Shown piece by piece: positions 9,193 through 18,065 of a stretch of 64,000 nucleotides of DNA. The notes below the pieces were generated by a model. That model saw nothing but the letters and a program-made list of their open reading frames with translations. It was not told the origin of the DNA and did not search any database. The first letter of the stretch is position 1, and each line of letters begins with the position of its first letter. The translations under genes and the position numbers were made by a program. The stretch spans positions 65,267 through 129,266 of the forward strand of contig JAPLXG010000013.1 in assembly GCA_026396175.1 (NCBI GenBank), in the 5' to 3' direction. The stretch is from Candidatus Moraniibacteriota bacterium (GTDB lineage: Bacteria; Patescibacteriota; Minisyncoccia; Moranbacterales; UBA2206).

Positions 9193-9413
9193 AAAAAAGC
9201 GTAATCGTTTTTCTGGTGGTGGTATTTTTTGTCGCTACCGCCACGACTGAAGTACTGGCCTGCTACCATCCAGTGGTAATCGCACTCCATCGCCCGAAAA
9301 CGGTATGTTTCGGGTTCGTCCGCCACTTTGTCAGAGTGCGCGGAGTGGATAATATTTTACGTTATCGCATTGTAGAAGTCCTAGAGGAGCTTCCCTGCCC
9401 ACCAAAAAAGTAG
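9189..9413 (+). CDS. hypothetical small secreted protein with signal peptide (cassette gene B)
   Basis: 74 aa. MKKSVIVFLVVVFFVATATT looks like a signal peptide. The mature part is Cys/Arg/Val-rich. GGAGGAACGTTC precedes the ATG, and the start is coupled to gene A by an ATGA overlap. Confidence 0.5.
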   Translation: MKKSVIVFLVVVFFVATATTEVLACYHPVVIALHRPKTVCFGFVRHFVRVRGVDNILRYRIVEVLEELPCPPKK

Positions 9414-9495
9414 CACCAATGACGGATCCTGGAATTCTCCCGGGTCCGTTGTATTATTTTCTAAGATAATTCAGCTTCTCGGTTTTTTTCGGAGC

Positions 9496-9524
9496 TTGAC
9501 AAAAAGCCGGATTAAGCGTATAAT
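9496..9524 (+). promoter_or_regulatory. perfect consensus sigma70-type promoter (TTGACA-N17-TATAAT)
   Basis: ttgaca at 9496-9501, a 17-nt spacer, tataat at 9519-9524, about 65 nt upstream of gene C. Immediately upstream are GGATCC (9424-29), GAATTC (9432-37) and CCCGGG (9439-44). Confidence 0.55.
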
Positions 9525-9591
9525 TAAGAGTTAGTGGATGTTGAAAATTCAATCAAAAACAGCCCTGAATCTAGGGCAAAAGGAGGAAATC

Positions 9592-9849
9592 ATGTTTTTT
9601 AAAAAACCTATCGCCGTAATGGCGATACTATGTTTGTACGTTGTGTTCTGCGGCCATGGGGGCTGCGGACATATGGCAGTTCCCTTGGTAGTGGGCGCGA
9701 TAGTCGGTGGAATTCTCTTGGCTCCTCCTCCACCTTGTTACTTTCGGTACCCGCCACCAGGTTATTATGCACCCCCACCAACGTATTACCCTGGTGGCGA
9801 ATGGCGGCATGATTATTATGGCCGCCTCTATTGGCATGCATACTACTGA
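9592..9849 (+). CDS. hypothetical small membrane protein with Pro/Tyr-rich tail (cassette gene C)
   Basis: 85 aa from the ATG preceded by AAGGAGGAAATC. Two hydrophobic segments are followed by PPPPCYFRYPPPGYYAPPPTYYPGGEWRHDYYGRLYWHAYY. The track ORF starts at 9538, which falls inside the predicted -10/5'UTR. Confidence 0.55.
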   Translation: MFFKKPIAVMAILCLYVVFCGHGGCGHMAVPLVVGAIVGGILLAPPPPCYFRYPPPGYYAPPPTYYPGGEWRHDYYGRLYWHAYY

Positions 9850-9878
9850 CCATAAAGAGCGCTATATCGATAGTCCAA

Positions 9879-9930
9879 CCCACGGCAAGCTCAAGGATTT
9901 CTCTTGAGCATCTGCCGTGGTTTTTTTATT
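9879..9930 (+). terminator. intrinsic terminator
   Basis: Hairpin ccacggcaagctcaagg...cttgagcatctgccgtgg followed by a T-run (ttttttt), immediately after gene C. It sits between convergent genes and could act in both directions. Confidence 0.6.
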
Positions 9931-9932
9931 TT

Positions 9933-10505
9933 CTAAATTTCCTCCAAATGCTTCACGCAATTTTCCAAAATAATCTTTCCTTTCACTCCATCTTTTAATT
10001 CATAGATATACACCGAAGTATTTTTCGGTTTCTCCACTTCAGAAAAACGATCTACTGGAATTCCCAGTATAATAGCATGAAGGACTCGGCCAAACCCACC
10101 ATGAGAGATAATAAGCACATTTTCCTGCGGATGCTTTTTATAAATCTCGCCCACCGCGCGAGCGACTCTTTCATATAACTGCGCGATTGTTTCCACGTCT
10201 GCTGGAAGATTGTCCCAATCGACCTCACTCGCTATCTTTCCTTGATAGCTTCCCAGGTTTCTTTCCCGCAGATTTTCCTTAAAATATATCGGAGCCTCGT
10301 GATGGACAATTATTTTTTCCGCCGTATCCACCACTCTTTTAAGATCACTGCTATAGATGACGTCAAACTTGATGTCTTTCAATCTTTCGGCCACTTTTTC
10401 CGCCTGACGCAAACCCTCTTTTGAAAGTTTGCCTGGACGATGACCCTGCAGGATAAACTTAGCATTATCGACTGTCCGTCCATGTCGCACGATGTATAAT
10501 TTCAT
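9933..10505 (-). CDS. histidine phosphatase family protein (phosphoglycerate mutase-like)
   Basis: Probable start MKLYIVRHGRT carries the RHG catalytic motif. ISHGG is present downstream. The track ORF extends upstream to 10610. Confidence 0.75.
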   Translation of the reverse strand: MKLYIVRHGRTVDNAKFILQGHRPGKLSKEGLRQAEKVAERLKDIKFDVIYSSDLKRVVDTAEKIIVHHEAPIYFKENLRERNLGSYQGKIASEVDWDNLPADVETIAQLYERVARAVGEIYKKHPQENVLIISHGGFGRVLHAIILGIPVDRFSEVEKPKNTSVYIYELKDGVKGKIILENCVKHLEEI

Positions 10506-10519
10506 AGTTTTAAAAAAAA

Positions 10520-10885
10520 TTAATCCACCCGCTCCAACATCAAAATTCTTTTCCGAAATCCGCCTCTTTTCTCCGCTTTTTCTTTTTGCACTTTTTTGAC
10601 TGTTTCCCAATCCAGTCCGCTAAACTCAAGAATGGTGTCAAGTAGTTCCGTCACGTCACTCATCTCTTCGATCAAATGCTCCTTGTCCGTTGTGTTGGCC
10701 AGCTCATTGGCTTCTTCTTCGACTTTATGCAACAGATATTGCAAATATTCCTTATCGTCTTCGAGGATTCTCGTTTTCACTTTCTGGCCTTTTAATTTTT
10801 CCACAATCTCAGGAATATTATCCCGCACAAGTTTGGGATATTCATTTTCTTTTTTTAGGTCTGTTTCAAAGTGTTTGAAATTCAT
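10520..10885 (-). CDS. MazG-like nucleotide pyrophosphohydrolase (HisE-like all-alpha NTP-PPase)
   Basis: 121 aa. YPKLVRDNIPEI, EEANEL, EEMSDV and LEFSGLDWE match the MazG/PRA-PH helical fold motifs. Confidence 0.7.
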   Translation of the reverse strand: MNFKHFETDLKKENEYPKLVRDNIPEIVEKLKGQKVKTRILEDDKEYLQYLLHKVEEEANELANTTDKEHLIEEMSDVTELLDTILEFSGLDWETVKKVQKEKAEKRGGFRKRILMLERVD

Positions 10886-10948
10886 AGAATTTGTCTCAAA
10901 AGATTAAACCATTGACAATAGAGCCAAAGTAGCCTACTTTAAATTTTA

Positions 10949-11081
10949 CAGGATTAAGGATAAAAATACGAGAGCCACAAAACACCGAGGAATCGTTGGT
11001 ACAATCAAACTTGCTATGCTTTTGAGGCAAGGGCGAACCAACTCGACGGGTGCCAGAGTATAACCTTAATCCTGTTTTTTT
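10949..11081 (+). ncRNA. candidate structured small RNA (unknown family)
   Basis: A long-range closing stem (caggattaagga...taaccttaatcctg) around a central region of about 100 nt, followed directly by a T-run (ttttttta). It lies in a 245-bp gap with no ORF. Confidence 0.25.
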
Positions 11082-11130
11082 ATTGGCTTATTCTCACTTT
11101 GCATAATACAAGTTTATGCGGTTTTATCAT

Positions 11131-11774
11131 TATCCAGAATAATTTTTTCTTTTATTATACAACCTTTCTGTAAATCCACCTTGCTGTAAGAAGTCTTGAC
11201 TAAGTTTTTTTAGTTGTTGATCCAGCAAGTAATTCGTTTGATGAATAAGACAGATTAGCGCATTAGCAGCCGTTTCTGCATTTTTCAAATAAGTCTCATA
11301 CGTCCTATACGACCTATCTTGACTATAAGCAAGATTACGAACTGTTTTCGCTTCTTGCGAATCCTTGACCCATATTCACAACCTACCCTGCCGCAAGAAA
11401 TCTTCATAATCAATTAGCAATTCCTCCAAACTCGCCCGAGCCACACTGGTCAATTTTATTTCCGTCTTTTTTGAAGTTCCAGAGGCCTGGCTTCCTTCGG
11501 CAATATTTTGTCGACCGCTTCTCGCCGCTTGCACCATTTGATCATGCGTCCTATTTGTCCCATATGTCCTATCGATGAATTTTTTGCAAAAATCCACCGT
11601 TAAGTCATAGACCAAAGTAGCCATTTGGTATGATTTTAGATTGCGGTATCCTCCATGCTTAAAGAGCAACTCGTTTCTATCAGACAGATCGGACCCATTG
11701 GACATATTTTTGAGATAATCGCCCATGATTTGCCAAGAAACAGCGAGGAGAAAAATCCCCTCGCTGTTTATCAA
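11131..11774 (-). pseudogene. four-helix-bundle protein (PF05635-like) with apparent frameshift
   Basis: ORF 11376-11774 encodes the core (SYQMATLVYDL...NIAEGSQASG...LEELLIDYEDFLRQ). The family's usual C-terminal continuation (WVKDSQEAKTVRNLAYSQ...ANALICLIHQTNYLLDQQLKKLSQDFLQQGGFTERL) is readable in another frame at 11131-11375. Confidence 0.55.
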
Positions 11775-11777
11775 AAT

Positions 11778-13700
11778 TTATTCTTTTTTACCTTCTTCTT
11801 TTGACTCATCCTTCGTCTCCGCATCTTTCACCCCGTCCGCCGATGAGGCGGGTTCGCCTTCCTTTGGTTGTTCCCCAGCTGGTGGCGTCTGCGCCTCCTG
11901 CGCAGCCTTATACAACTTCTCCCCAATCTTCTGCGCTTCTTGAGAAAGCTCTTCAGTCGCTTTTTTGATCGCTTCAGAGTCATCGCCGTCCTTTACTTTT
12001 TTCAAAGCCTCAATTTTTTCTTCGACTGGTTTTTTCTCGTCGGCAGTTATTTTGTCTCCGGCGTCGCGAAGGGCTTTTTCAGTTGTATAGACCAGCGTGT
12101 CGGCCATATTCTTGGCTTCGATGGCTTCTTTCTTTTTTTTGTCTTCTTCCGCGTGGACTTCGGCGTCTTTTTTCATCTTCTCGATTTCTTCCTTGGAAAG
12201 TCCCGTGGAAGCTTCGATGCGGATTGATTGTTCTTTATTCGTGGCTTTGTCTTTCGCTTTGACGTTTAGGATTCCATTGGCATCGATGTCAAAAGTCACT
12301 TCGACTTGCGGAATGCCCCGAGGTGAAGGTGGAATGCCATCGAGAATGAACCGTCCTAAAGTTTTATTGTCAGCAGCCATTTCTCTTTCGCCTTGCAGAA
12401 CATGAATTTCCACGGATGGTTGATTGTCAGCGGCGGTTGAAAAGACTTGAGATTTGGATGTTGGGATTGTCGTGTTTCGGTCGATGAGCGGTGTGCGCAC
12501 GCCTCCCATTGTTTCAATTCCAAATGTCAGTGGTGTCACGTCAAGAAGCAAAACATCTTTCACATCTCCTTGCAAAACTCCACCTTGAATGGCGGCGCCG
12601 AGCGCAACCACCTCATCAGGGTTCACGGTGATATTTGGTTTTTTGCCAAAGAATTTTTCCACGGTCGTTAGCACGAGTGGCATTCTGGTCATTCCTCCAA
12701 CCAAGACCACTTCGTTGATGTCAGTTACAGAAAGTTTTGCATCAGCCAAAGCTTTTTTGGTTGGCTCAAGTGTTTTTTGGATCAAATCCCCTACCAATTC
12801 TTCCAATTTGGAACGAGTCAGTTTCATCACCAGATGCTTTGGACCATTGGCGTCCGTTGTAATGAAGGGCTGATTAATTTCTGATTCCATCGCCGTGGAA
12901 AGTTCAATCTTAGCTTTTTCCGCTGCTTCTTTGATTCTCTGCAAGGCCAATGAATCCTTGGAAAGATCAATTGCTTCTTGTTTTTTGAATTCGGAAATGA
13001 TCCAGTTGATGATGATTTGATCAAAGTCGTCTCCTCCAAGGTGCGTGTCACCATTGGTTGATTTCACTTCCACTGTGTCTTCCGACACTTCCAAAATGGA
13101 AATGTCAAAAGTTCCCCCGCCTAAATCATAGACAGCAATTTTCTCGTCTTTCTTTTTGTTGAAACCATAGGCCAAAGCAGCCGCTGTTGGTTCATTGATA
13201 ATTCGGCGCACATTGAGGCCGGCAATTTCACCGGCTTCTTTGGTCGCTTTTCTTTGCGCGTCGTCAAAGTAGGCTGGAACAGTAATCACGGCTTCAGTAA
13301 TTTTCTCACCCAACTTTTCCTCCGCATCCGCTTTCAGTTTTGCCAAAATCATCGCCGAAATTTCTTGTGGAGTATATTCTTTATCGCCCATCACTACTTT
13401 CACGCCACCATTGGCTTTCACAATTTTATAGGGAAGCAACTTTAAATCACGTTGCACTTCTTCGTCTTCAAACTTTCGTCCAATCAATCGCTTGATGGAA
13501 TAGAGCGTATTGCCCGGATTGGTCACAGCTTGGCGCTTAGCCAAAAGCCCGACCAATCTTTCATTGGACTTGGAAATCGCCACCATCGACGGTGTTGTGC
13601 GATTTCCCTCCTTGTTTTCGATAATGCTGGGCGAACCACCTTCCACGACTGCCATGGCAGAGTTGGTCGTCCCCAAATCGATTCCTAATATTTTACTCAT
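11778..13700 (-). CDS. dnaK: chaperone DnaK (Hsp70)
   Basis: 640 aa. [16 protein letters not shown] and the other Hsp70 signatures run along the full length, ending in an acidic C-terminus. Confidence 0.97.
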   Translation of the reverse strand: MSKILGIDLGTTNSAMAVVEGGSPSIIENKEGNRTTPSMVAISKSNERLVGLLAKRQAVTNPGNTLYSIKRLIGRKFEDEEVQRDLKLLPYKIVKANGGVKVVMGDKEYTPQEISAMILAKLKADAEEKLGEKITEAVITVPAYFDDAQRKATKEAGEIAGLNVRRIINEPTAAALAYGFNKKKDEKIAVYDLGGGTFDISILEVSEDTVEVKSTNGDTHLGGDDFDQIIINWIISEFKKQEAIDLSKDSLALQRIKEAAEKAKIELSTAMESEINQPFITTDANGPKHLVMKLTRSKLEELVGDLIQKTLEPTKKALADAKLSVTDINEVVLVGGMTRMPLVLTTVEKFFGKKPNITVNPDEVVALGAAIQGGVLQGDVKDVLLLDVTPLTFGIETMGGVRTPLIDRNTTIPTSKSQVFSTAADNQPSVEIHVLQGEREMAADNKTLGRFILDGIPPSPRGIPQVEVTFDIDANGILNVKAKDKATNKEQSIRIEASTGLSKEEIEKMKKDAEVHAEEDKKKKEAIEAKNMADTLVYTTEKALRDAGDKITADEKKPVEEKIEALKKVKDGDDSEAIKKATEELSQEAQKIGEKLYKAAQEAQTPPAGEQPKEGEPASSADGVKDAETKDESKEEGKKE

Positions 13701-13916
13701 ACATATTGGTTAGCGATACTTTGCATCATTTATGTCGATGCCTAGCACGCCTTACTTTAAATAATTTTATTATAATTCTAAATTTTAAATTAGTCCTCAA
13801 AGGATAAGCTTGGGGCAAAAAATTTTAAACCAATATCAAATGCTAAATTTTTAAATCATTAAAACATTTAATAATTTAGCCTTCATTTCAAATTTTAAAT
13901 TGCAAATTTCAAATTT

Positions 13917-14543
13917 TCACTCCACGATTACCCGCGCCGCCCGGATTACCTTTCCCCCGAGCTTATAACCTCTTAAAACAACTTTTTTAATTTTATTCTC
14001 CAATTCCTCATTATTGTTCGTAGATTCAGATACGTTTCGTAGTTTCGAATCGGTGACAGCTTCATGCAAATTCGGATCAAACTCATCCCCCACTTTGACA
14101 TCCATTTCGGTCACTCCATTTTCCTTGAGCACATCTTCCAATTGTTTTTGGATATATATAATGCCCACTACCCATGGCACGTTTTTTTGCTCTTCCGGAA
14201 TATGCTCAGTTGCGCTGTGAAAGTTATCAATCACCGGAATAATCTGAAGCATAAAATCTTCTTTCACATATTCTCCAAGACTTTTCTGATTCTCCTGTTG
14301 ACGCTTTTTATAGTTTTCGAAATCCGCCATGCATCTCCGCCAACCAAGTAGATACGTGTCCGCCAAAGCTTTCTCGTCCGCCGTAGCTTTAGCAGAGGAG
14401 GAAGCGTCGGAGGATTCTTCTTCTTTACTCTCCTTCTTTACTGCTTTTTTAAAAATACTCTTTTTTACATCTTTTATTTCTCCCCTGCCTGCATCGCTAT
14501 GCGAAGCATTGCAGGCAGGTTCAATTTTTTTTTCATCCGTCAT
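13917..14543 (-). CDS. grpE: nucleotide exchange factor GrpE
   Basis: 208 aa. Contains LLGWRRCMADFENYKKR and a C-terminal beta-domain. The N-terminal region carries a REP palindrome inserted in frame, and the C-terminal region carries a TTCGTA-type repeat in frame. Confidence 0.85.
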   Translation of the reverse strand: MTDEKKIEPACNASHSDAGRGEIKDVKKSIFKKAVKKESKEEESSDASSSAKATADEKALADTYLLGWRRCMADFENYKKRQQENQKSLGEYVKEDFMLQIIPVIDNFHSATEHIPEEQKNVPWVVGIIYIQKQLEDVLKENGVTEMDVKVGDEFDPNLHEAVTDSKLRNVSESTNNNEELENKIKKVVLRGYKLGGKVIRAARVIVE

Positions 14544-14546
14544 ATT

Positions 14547-15284
14547 TTAGATAAAATTTATAACAATTAAAAGCACTGCACTCGAACTTAAAAACTTTTT
14601 CATATATTCCATCAAGGATTTGTTTTTGGCATATTTCATCCGCTTTGGTCCGATGATCGCAAGCAGTCCTTTTTCGCCTTCCTGCGTTTCATAGGGCGAA
14701 ACAATCATTGAACAGTTGGAAATGCCTTTGATGGGGTTTTCTTTACCGATAAAAATCTTCGTTTCTCCCAGTTTGATTTTTTTTAAAATTGCATCCACAT
14801 TTTCGTCGATATAGTCCAGGGCTTCTGCCACTTTGCAAAACTCGTCAATTTCTTGGAATTCTGGATTTTCCAAAAGTTCCTTCATTCCAAAATCATAGAA
14901 TTGTTTTTCAAAGCCAGTCACCGCGAGACTACCGCTGAGCGAAGAAAGAAGTTTCGCAGTCGCCCGCGAAAGTCGATTGTTTTGTGCTTTCATTTTCAAA
15001 AGTTCCACTTGCATCTTTTTCTGTTCCGCGAGGCTCAGCTCTTGCTCAGCCATTATCTCTTCGACAAAATAGCGATAACCCTTGTCAGTGGGAATGCGAC
15101 CGGCTGAAGTATGCGGTTGATAGAGATAGCCAGCTTTTTCCAGCTCGGCCATATCGTTTCTGATTGTCGCCGAACTCAAACCAAGCGCATATTTTTCCGC
15201 CAAAACCTTTGAACCGACCGCCACGGCTGTTGCGGTATATTCTTCCACCACGGCCGCCAAAATTTTTTGTTGTCTTTCTTCCAT
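14547..15284 (-). CDS. hrcA: heat-inducible transcription repressor HrcA
   Basis: N-terminal winged-helix region (QQKILAAVVEEYTATAVAVGSKVLAEKY...SSATIRNDMAELEKAGYL...HTSAGRIPTDKGYRYFV), directly upstream of grpE-dnaK. Confidence 0.85.
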   Translation of the reverse strand: MEERQQKILAAVVEEYTATAVAVGSKVLAEKYALGLSSATIRNDMAELEKAGYLYQPHTSAGRIPTDKGYRYFVEEIMAEQELSLAEQKKMQVELLKMKAQNNRLSRATAKLLSSLSGSLAVTGFEKQFYDFGMKELLENPEFQEIDEFCKVAEALDYIDENVDAILKKIKLGETKIFIGKENPIKGISNCSMIVSPYETQEGEKGLLAIIGPKRMKYAKNKSLMEYMKKFLSSSAVLLIVINFI

Positions 15285-15301
15285 AGTTCTATTCTAAATC
15301 A

Positions 15302-15328
15302 TTAGCACTCGAGTGTCAAGAGTGCTAA
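15302..15328. promoter_or_regulatory. CIRCE operator (perfect) upstream of hrcA
   Basis: TTAGCACTC-GAGTGTCAA-GAGTGCTAA, 18 nt upstream of the hrcA start codon. Confidence 0.85.
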
Positions 15329-15442
15329 ATCTAATTTTACACGGATTATTTTTGCTGTCAATAGCTTAGAATATTTGGCTTAATTTAAGACAAAAAACCC
15401 ATGCTATTTCCGCCTTCATTTTCACGAGAATAAACTCTAATG

Positions 15443-15600
15443 TGTCATTCCCGCGAAGGCGGGAATCCAGGTTCCGCTAGCCATAGACTCTGAAAAATCG
15501 AATTATAAATCCCCCAACTTTTATTTTCTAACAAGCAAATCTCGCTTTTCTTTTTTTATAGCCTGAGGCGCCTGGATCCCCGCCTCCGCGGGGATGACAC
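15443..15600. repeat. MITE-like element, family B (gtcattcccgcgaaggcgggaatccag TIRs)
   Basis: Left end gtcattcccgcgaaggcgggaatccag, right end ctggatccccgcctccgcggggatgac. The same termini flank an 87-bp in-frame insert in elp3 (52504-52590). Confidence 0.55.
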
Positions 15601-15763
15601 GATGCAAAAAAACGAGCGCGTGGCCCGTTTTTATAAAGTTAGCTGTTCAGGATTTGAAGGTTCAATTCAGGAGAATTGAACCGACATCGACTTCTATGGG
15701 AAATTCTTGTTTCTTGCTCGCCTGCCGAATCCGCCAGCTGGCGGAGTAGGTAGGTTTCTTGTT

Positions 15764-16774
15764 TTACAGCCCCGCCCTTTGCTTGTTCGCCAAATGCTCA
15801 TCATAGGTTTTGGCGTAATAGGTTTTTTTATCTGCGCCGGTTCCCGCGGTGAGAAAATAGGCATAATCAGATTTTTGCGGGCTGACTACCGCCAAGATTG
15901 CCTGCATCCCCGGGTTGGCAATCGGTCCTGGCGGCAGGCCTTTATTGGCATAGGTATTATAGGGCGAAGCTATTTTCGTTTGTTCGATGGTGTGACTAGA
16001 AACTGTGTCGTCCAGGACATAGGAAAGTGTGGCATCGCTTTGCAGTGGCATCCCCGCGTCTAGTCTATTTTCAAAAATTCCCGCCACAATTTTCATATCC
16101 GCCGCCGTCGGCACTTCTTTTTCCACGATGCTAGCAAGAATAATCACCTCATTCAGTTTTTTATTTTGGGTTTTTATCTCCGCAAGTAGCGTATCATCAA
16201 TTCTATTTTCAAAATTATCCAGCATTTTTTTGGCAATACTTTCCGCCGTCAAATCTTTTTTGAAAAAATAGGTATCAGGAAAAAGATAACCTTCGAGACT
16301 ACTGATTTTTGTGTCAGTGAGAAAGGCGTAGCGCGTGCGAAAACTGTCCGGAATATTGTTGACCAGTTGCAAAAATCCAGCGCCGTCAAAATTATTTTTC
16401 TTGAGCAATTCCGCCATATCTTTGGTAGTCAATCCTTCGGGAAAAGTGAGCTTCACCGCCTGCGCTTCAGGATTGGTAATCACGTGCGCGACTTCGGGGA
16501 TACTCAGGTTTCCGCTCAGCATATACACGCCCGGCATAATCTTGTTCAACAGATGGTTGGTATAGATGTAATAATAGAAATAGAATTTATGGGAAATTAT
16601 TTTCTTGCTTTCCAAGTTACTCGCAATTATTGCGTTGCCTTCGCCTTTTTTCACTTCAAAAACAATGACAGCTTTTTCGTTTCCGTGAGAAAAATAGACC
16701 TGATGGCGAAAATAAAAAAATCCACCAAGGAGGAGCAAGATCAAAATTACTAGAAAAAATAAAATTTTCTTCAT
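15764..16774 (-). CDS. mltG: endolytic murein transglycosylase MltG (YceG-like)
   Basis: N-terminal TM helix. YceG signature YNTYANKGLPPGPIANPG is present. Confidence 0.9.
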   Translation of the reverse strand: MKKILFFLVILILLLLGGFFYFRHQVYFSHGNEKAVIVFEVKKGEGNAIIASNLESKKIISHKFYFYYYIYTNHLLNKIMPGVYMLSGNLSIPEVAHVITNPEAQAVKLTFPEGLTTKDMAELLKKNNFDGAGFLQLVNNIPDSFRTRYAFLTDTKISSLEGYLFPDTYFFKKDLTAESIAKKMLDNFENRIDDTLLAEIKTQNKKLNEVIILASIVEKEVPTAADMKIVAGIFENRLDAGMPLQSDATLSYVLDDTVSSHTIEQTKIASPYNTYANKGLPPGPIANPGMQAILAVVSPQKSDYAYFLTAGTGADKKTYYAKTYDEHLANKQRAGL

Positions 16775-16787
16775 TTGTTGTGGTGAC

Positions 16788-17405
16788 TTAGCTTGTAATT
16801 AGGGGCACAAAAGAAAAGCCGGGATATTTCTCTTCGCTAAATTCTTCTTCGCTTTTTTTCTCAAGAAACACTAAGCTATTTCTGACTGGGATGACCATTT
16901 TCCCGCCAACTTTCAATTGCTTTTTCAACTCTTCTGGAATCTCCTCGGCAACGGCAGAAACTAAGATGCGATCAAACGGCGCCTCGGACGGATAGCCTAA
17001 ACTTCCATCTCCCAAAAAAATCTGCACTCGACCATCTTTGATATATTTGAATTTATCCACGTTATACTCACCAATTTTTTTCAACGCTTCTTTCCTTTCG
17101 ATTCCGATTACCTTCCCATTTTCTCCGACGATATAGGCAAAAAGTGCCGTTGTCCAACCCGATCCAACTCCCACATCCAAAATTTTATGCCCTTCTTGTG
17201 GGTCAAGCAGTTCAAACATTAGCGCAACTGTTGATGGCTGAGAAATTGTTTGTCCATAGCCAATTGGGAGCGCCACATCGGCGTCTGCTTGCGCGACAAA
17301 TTCCTCCGGCACAAATTCAATCCGACCTATTTCGGAAAAGGCATCGACTGTCCGGCTTGTTTGTAACGTTCCTATCCTGACTAGTTCGCTTACCAATTTA
17401 CTCAT
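16788..17405 (-). CDS. pcm: protein-L-isoaspartate O-methyltransferase
   Basis: 205 aa. GYGQTISQPSTVALMFELL, the SAM-binding stretch LDVGVGSGWTTALFA, and the PCMT C-terminal motifs are present. Confidence 0.9.
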   Translation of the reverse strand: MSKLVSELVRIGTLQTSRTVDAFSEIGRIEFVPEEFVAQADADVALPIGYGQTISQPSTVALMFELLDPQEGHKILDVGVGSGWTTALFAYIVGENGKVIGIERKEALKKIGEYNVDKFKYIKDGRVQIFLGDGSLGYPSEAPFDRILVSAVAEEIPEELKKQLKVGGKMVIPVRNSLVFLEKKSEEEFSEEKYPGFSFVPLITS

Positions 17406-17472
17406 AAATAAGTTTACCCCCGCATTCGTAAATTAGCTATCCACTTTTAGTCTAAAATTTAGATAAATTTAT

Positions 17473-17616
17473 GGCTTACGCGTTCACCAAAATCAATCTT
17501 TAAAGCGCGGGGTATTTCAGAGTTTGTTTTTTGTTTATTTTAGCCCCCAAAATCATTGGGGTTTTCTCAGCTTAATCTTGGCTATAGAAAAGCTTGCTTT
17601 TGGCAAACGCGTAAGC
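17473..17616. repeat. hairpin element with ggcttacgcgtt / aacgcgtaagcc termini
   Basis: Inverted termini sit about 130 bp apart and enclose an internal hairpin, cccccaaaatcattgggg. The gcgtaag motif also appears in the family A element flanks. Confidence 0.4.
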
Positions 17617-17624
17617 CTTGAAAT

Positions 17625-18065
17625 CTAAAGTCCCATCACTTGGATGATGATATCGCGCTTTCTCGCGCCGTCCATTTCCGCCACAAAAATATTCTGCTTG
17701 GAAGTAAGGATCATATGCCCTTTTTCCAAGGGAACCGTTTCACTGACTCCCAAAAGCATCACCTTACAATGCGAATGACCGTTGCTCCTCCCATCCGATT
17801 TATTTTTTTTAGCCAGCTCAAAAAGATCATGGGAATAGCGCTCGTCAACCGGCGCCAAGCGATAGAGTACACGGGTAAAGTCTTGCAAAAGCATCGGTTC
17901 GTTGTGATTGACGAAAATTCCAGCCGAAGTATGCGGAGAATAGATCAGCACCGTCCCTTCGCGTACGCCGGAAAGACTGACCACTTCCGCCACCTTGTCG
18001 GTAATGTCAATAATTTCCACACTTGTGGTGCTGGTTATTTCGATTTTTTTGCGGAATATTTTCAT
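17625..18065 (-). CDS. YjbQ/UPF0047 family secondary thiamine-phosphate synthase-like protein
   Basis: 146 aa. Pattern IDITDKV...SPHTSAGIF...HSHCKVMLLG...TSKQ is typical of the YjbQ family. Confidence 0.7.
   Translation of the reverse strand: MKIFRKKIEITSTTSVEIIDITDKVAEVVSLSGVREGTVLIYSPHTSAGIFVNHNEPMLLQDFTRVLYRLAPVDERYSHDLFELAKKNKSDGRSNGHSHCKVMLLGVSETVPLEKGHMILTSKQNIFVAEMDGARKRDIIIQVMGL

Noticed and set aside
9538-9594. Track start codon at 9538 for the third cassette gene
   Set aside because: It lies 14 nt downstream of the predicted -10 box, inside the probable 5'UTR, and lacks an RBS. The in-frame ATG at 9592 has a perfect AGGAGG with 5-nt spacing.
11868-13688. Multiple plus-strand ORFs (up to 119 aa) inside dnaK, and similar antisense ORFs inside ftsZ (47042-47683), ftsA (48316-49476), smc (33487-34919), malic enzyme (18681-19151) and others
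   Set aside because: They are shadow ORFs antisense to long, well-supported genes. They show no RBS and have the biased composition expected of the reverse strand of coding DNA.
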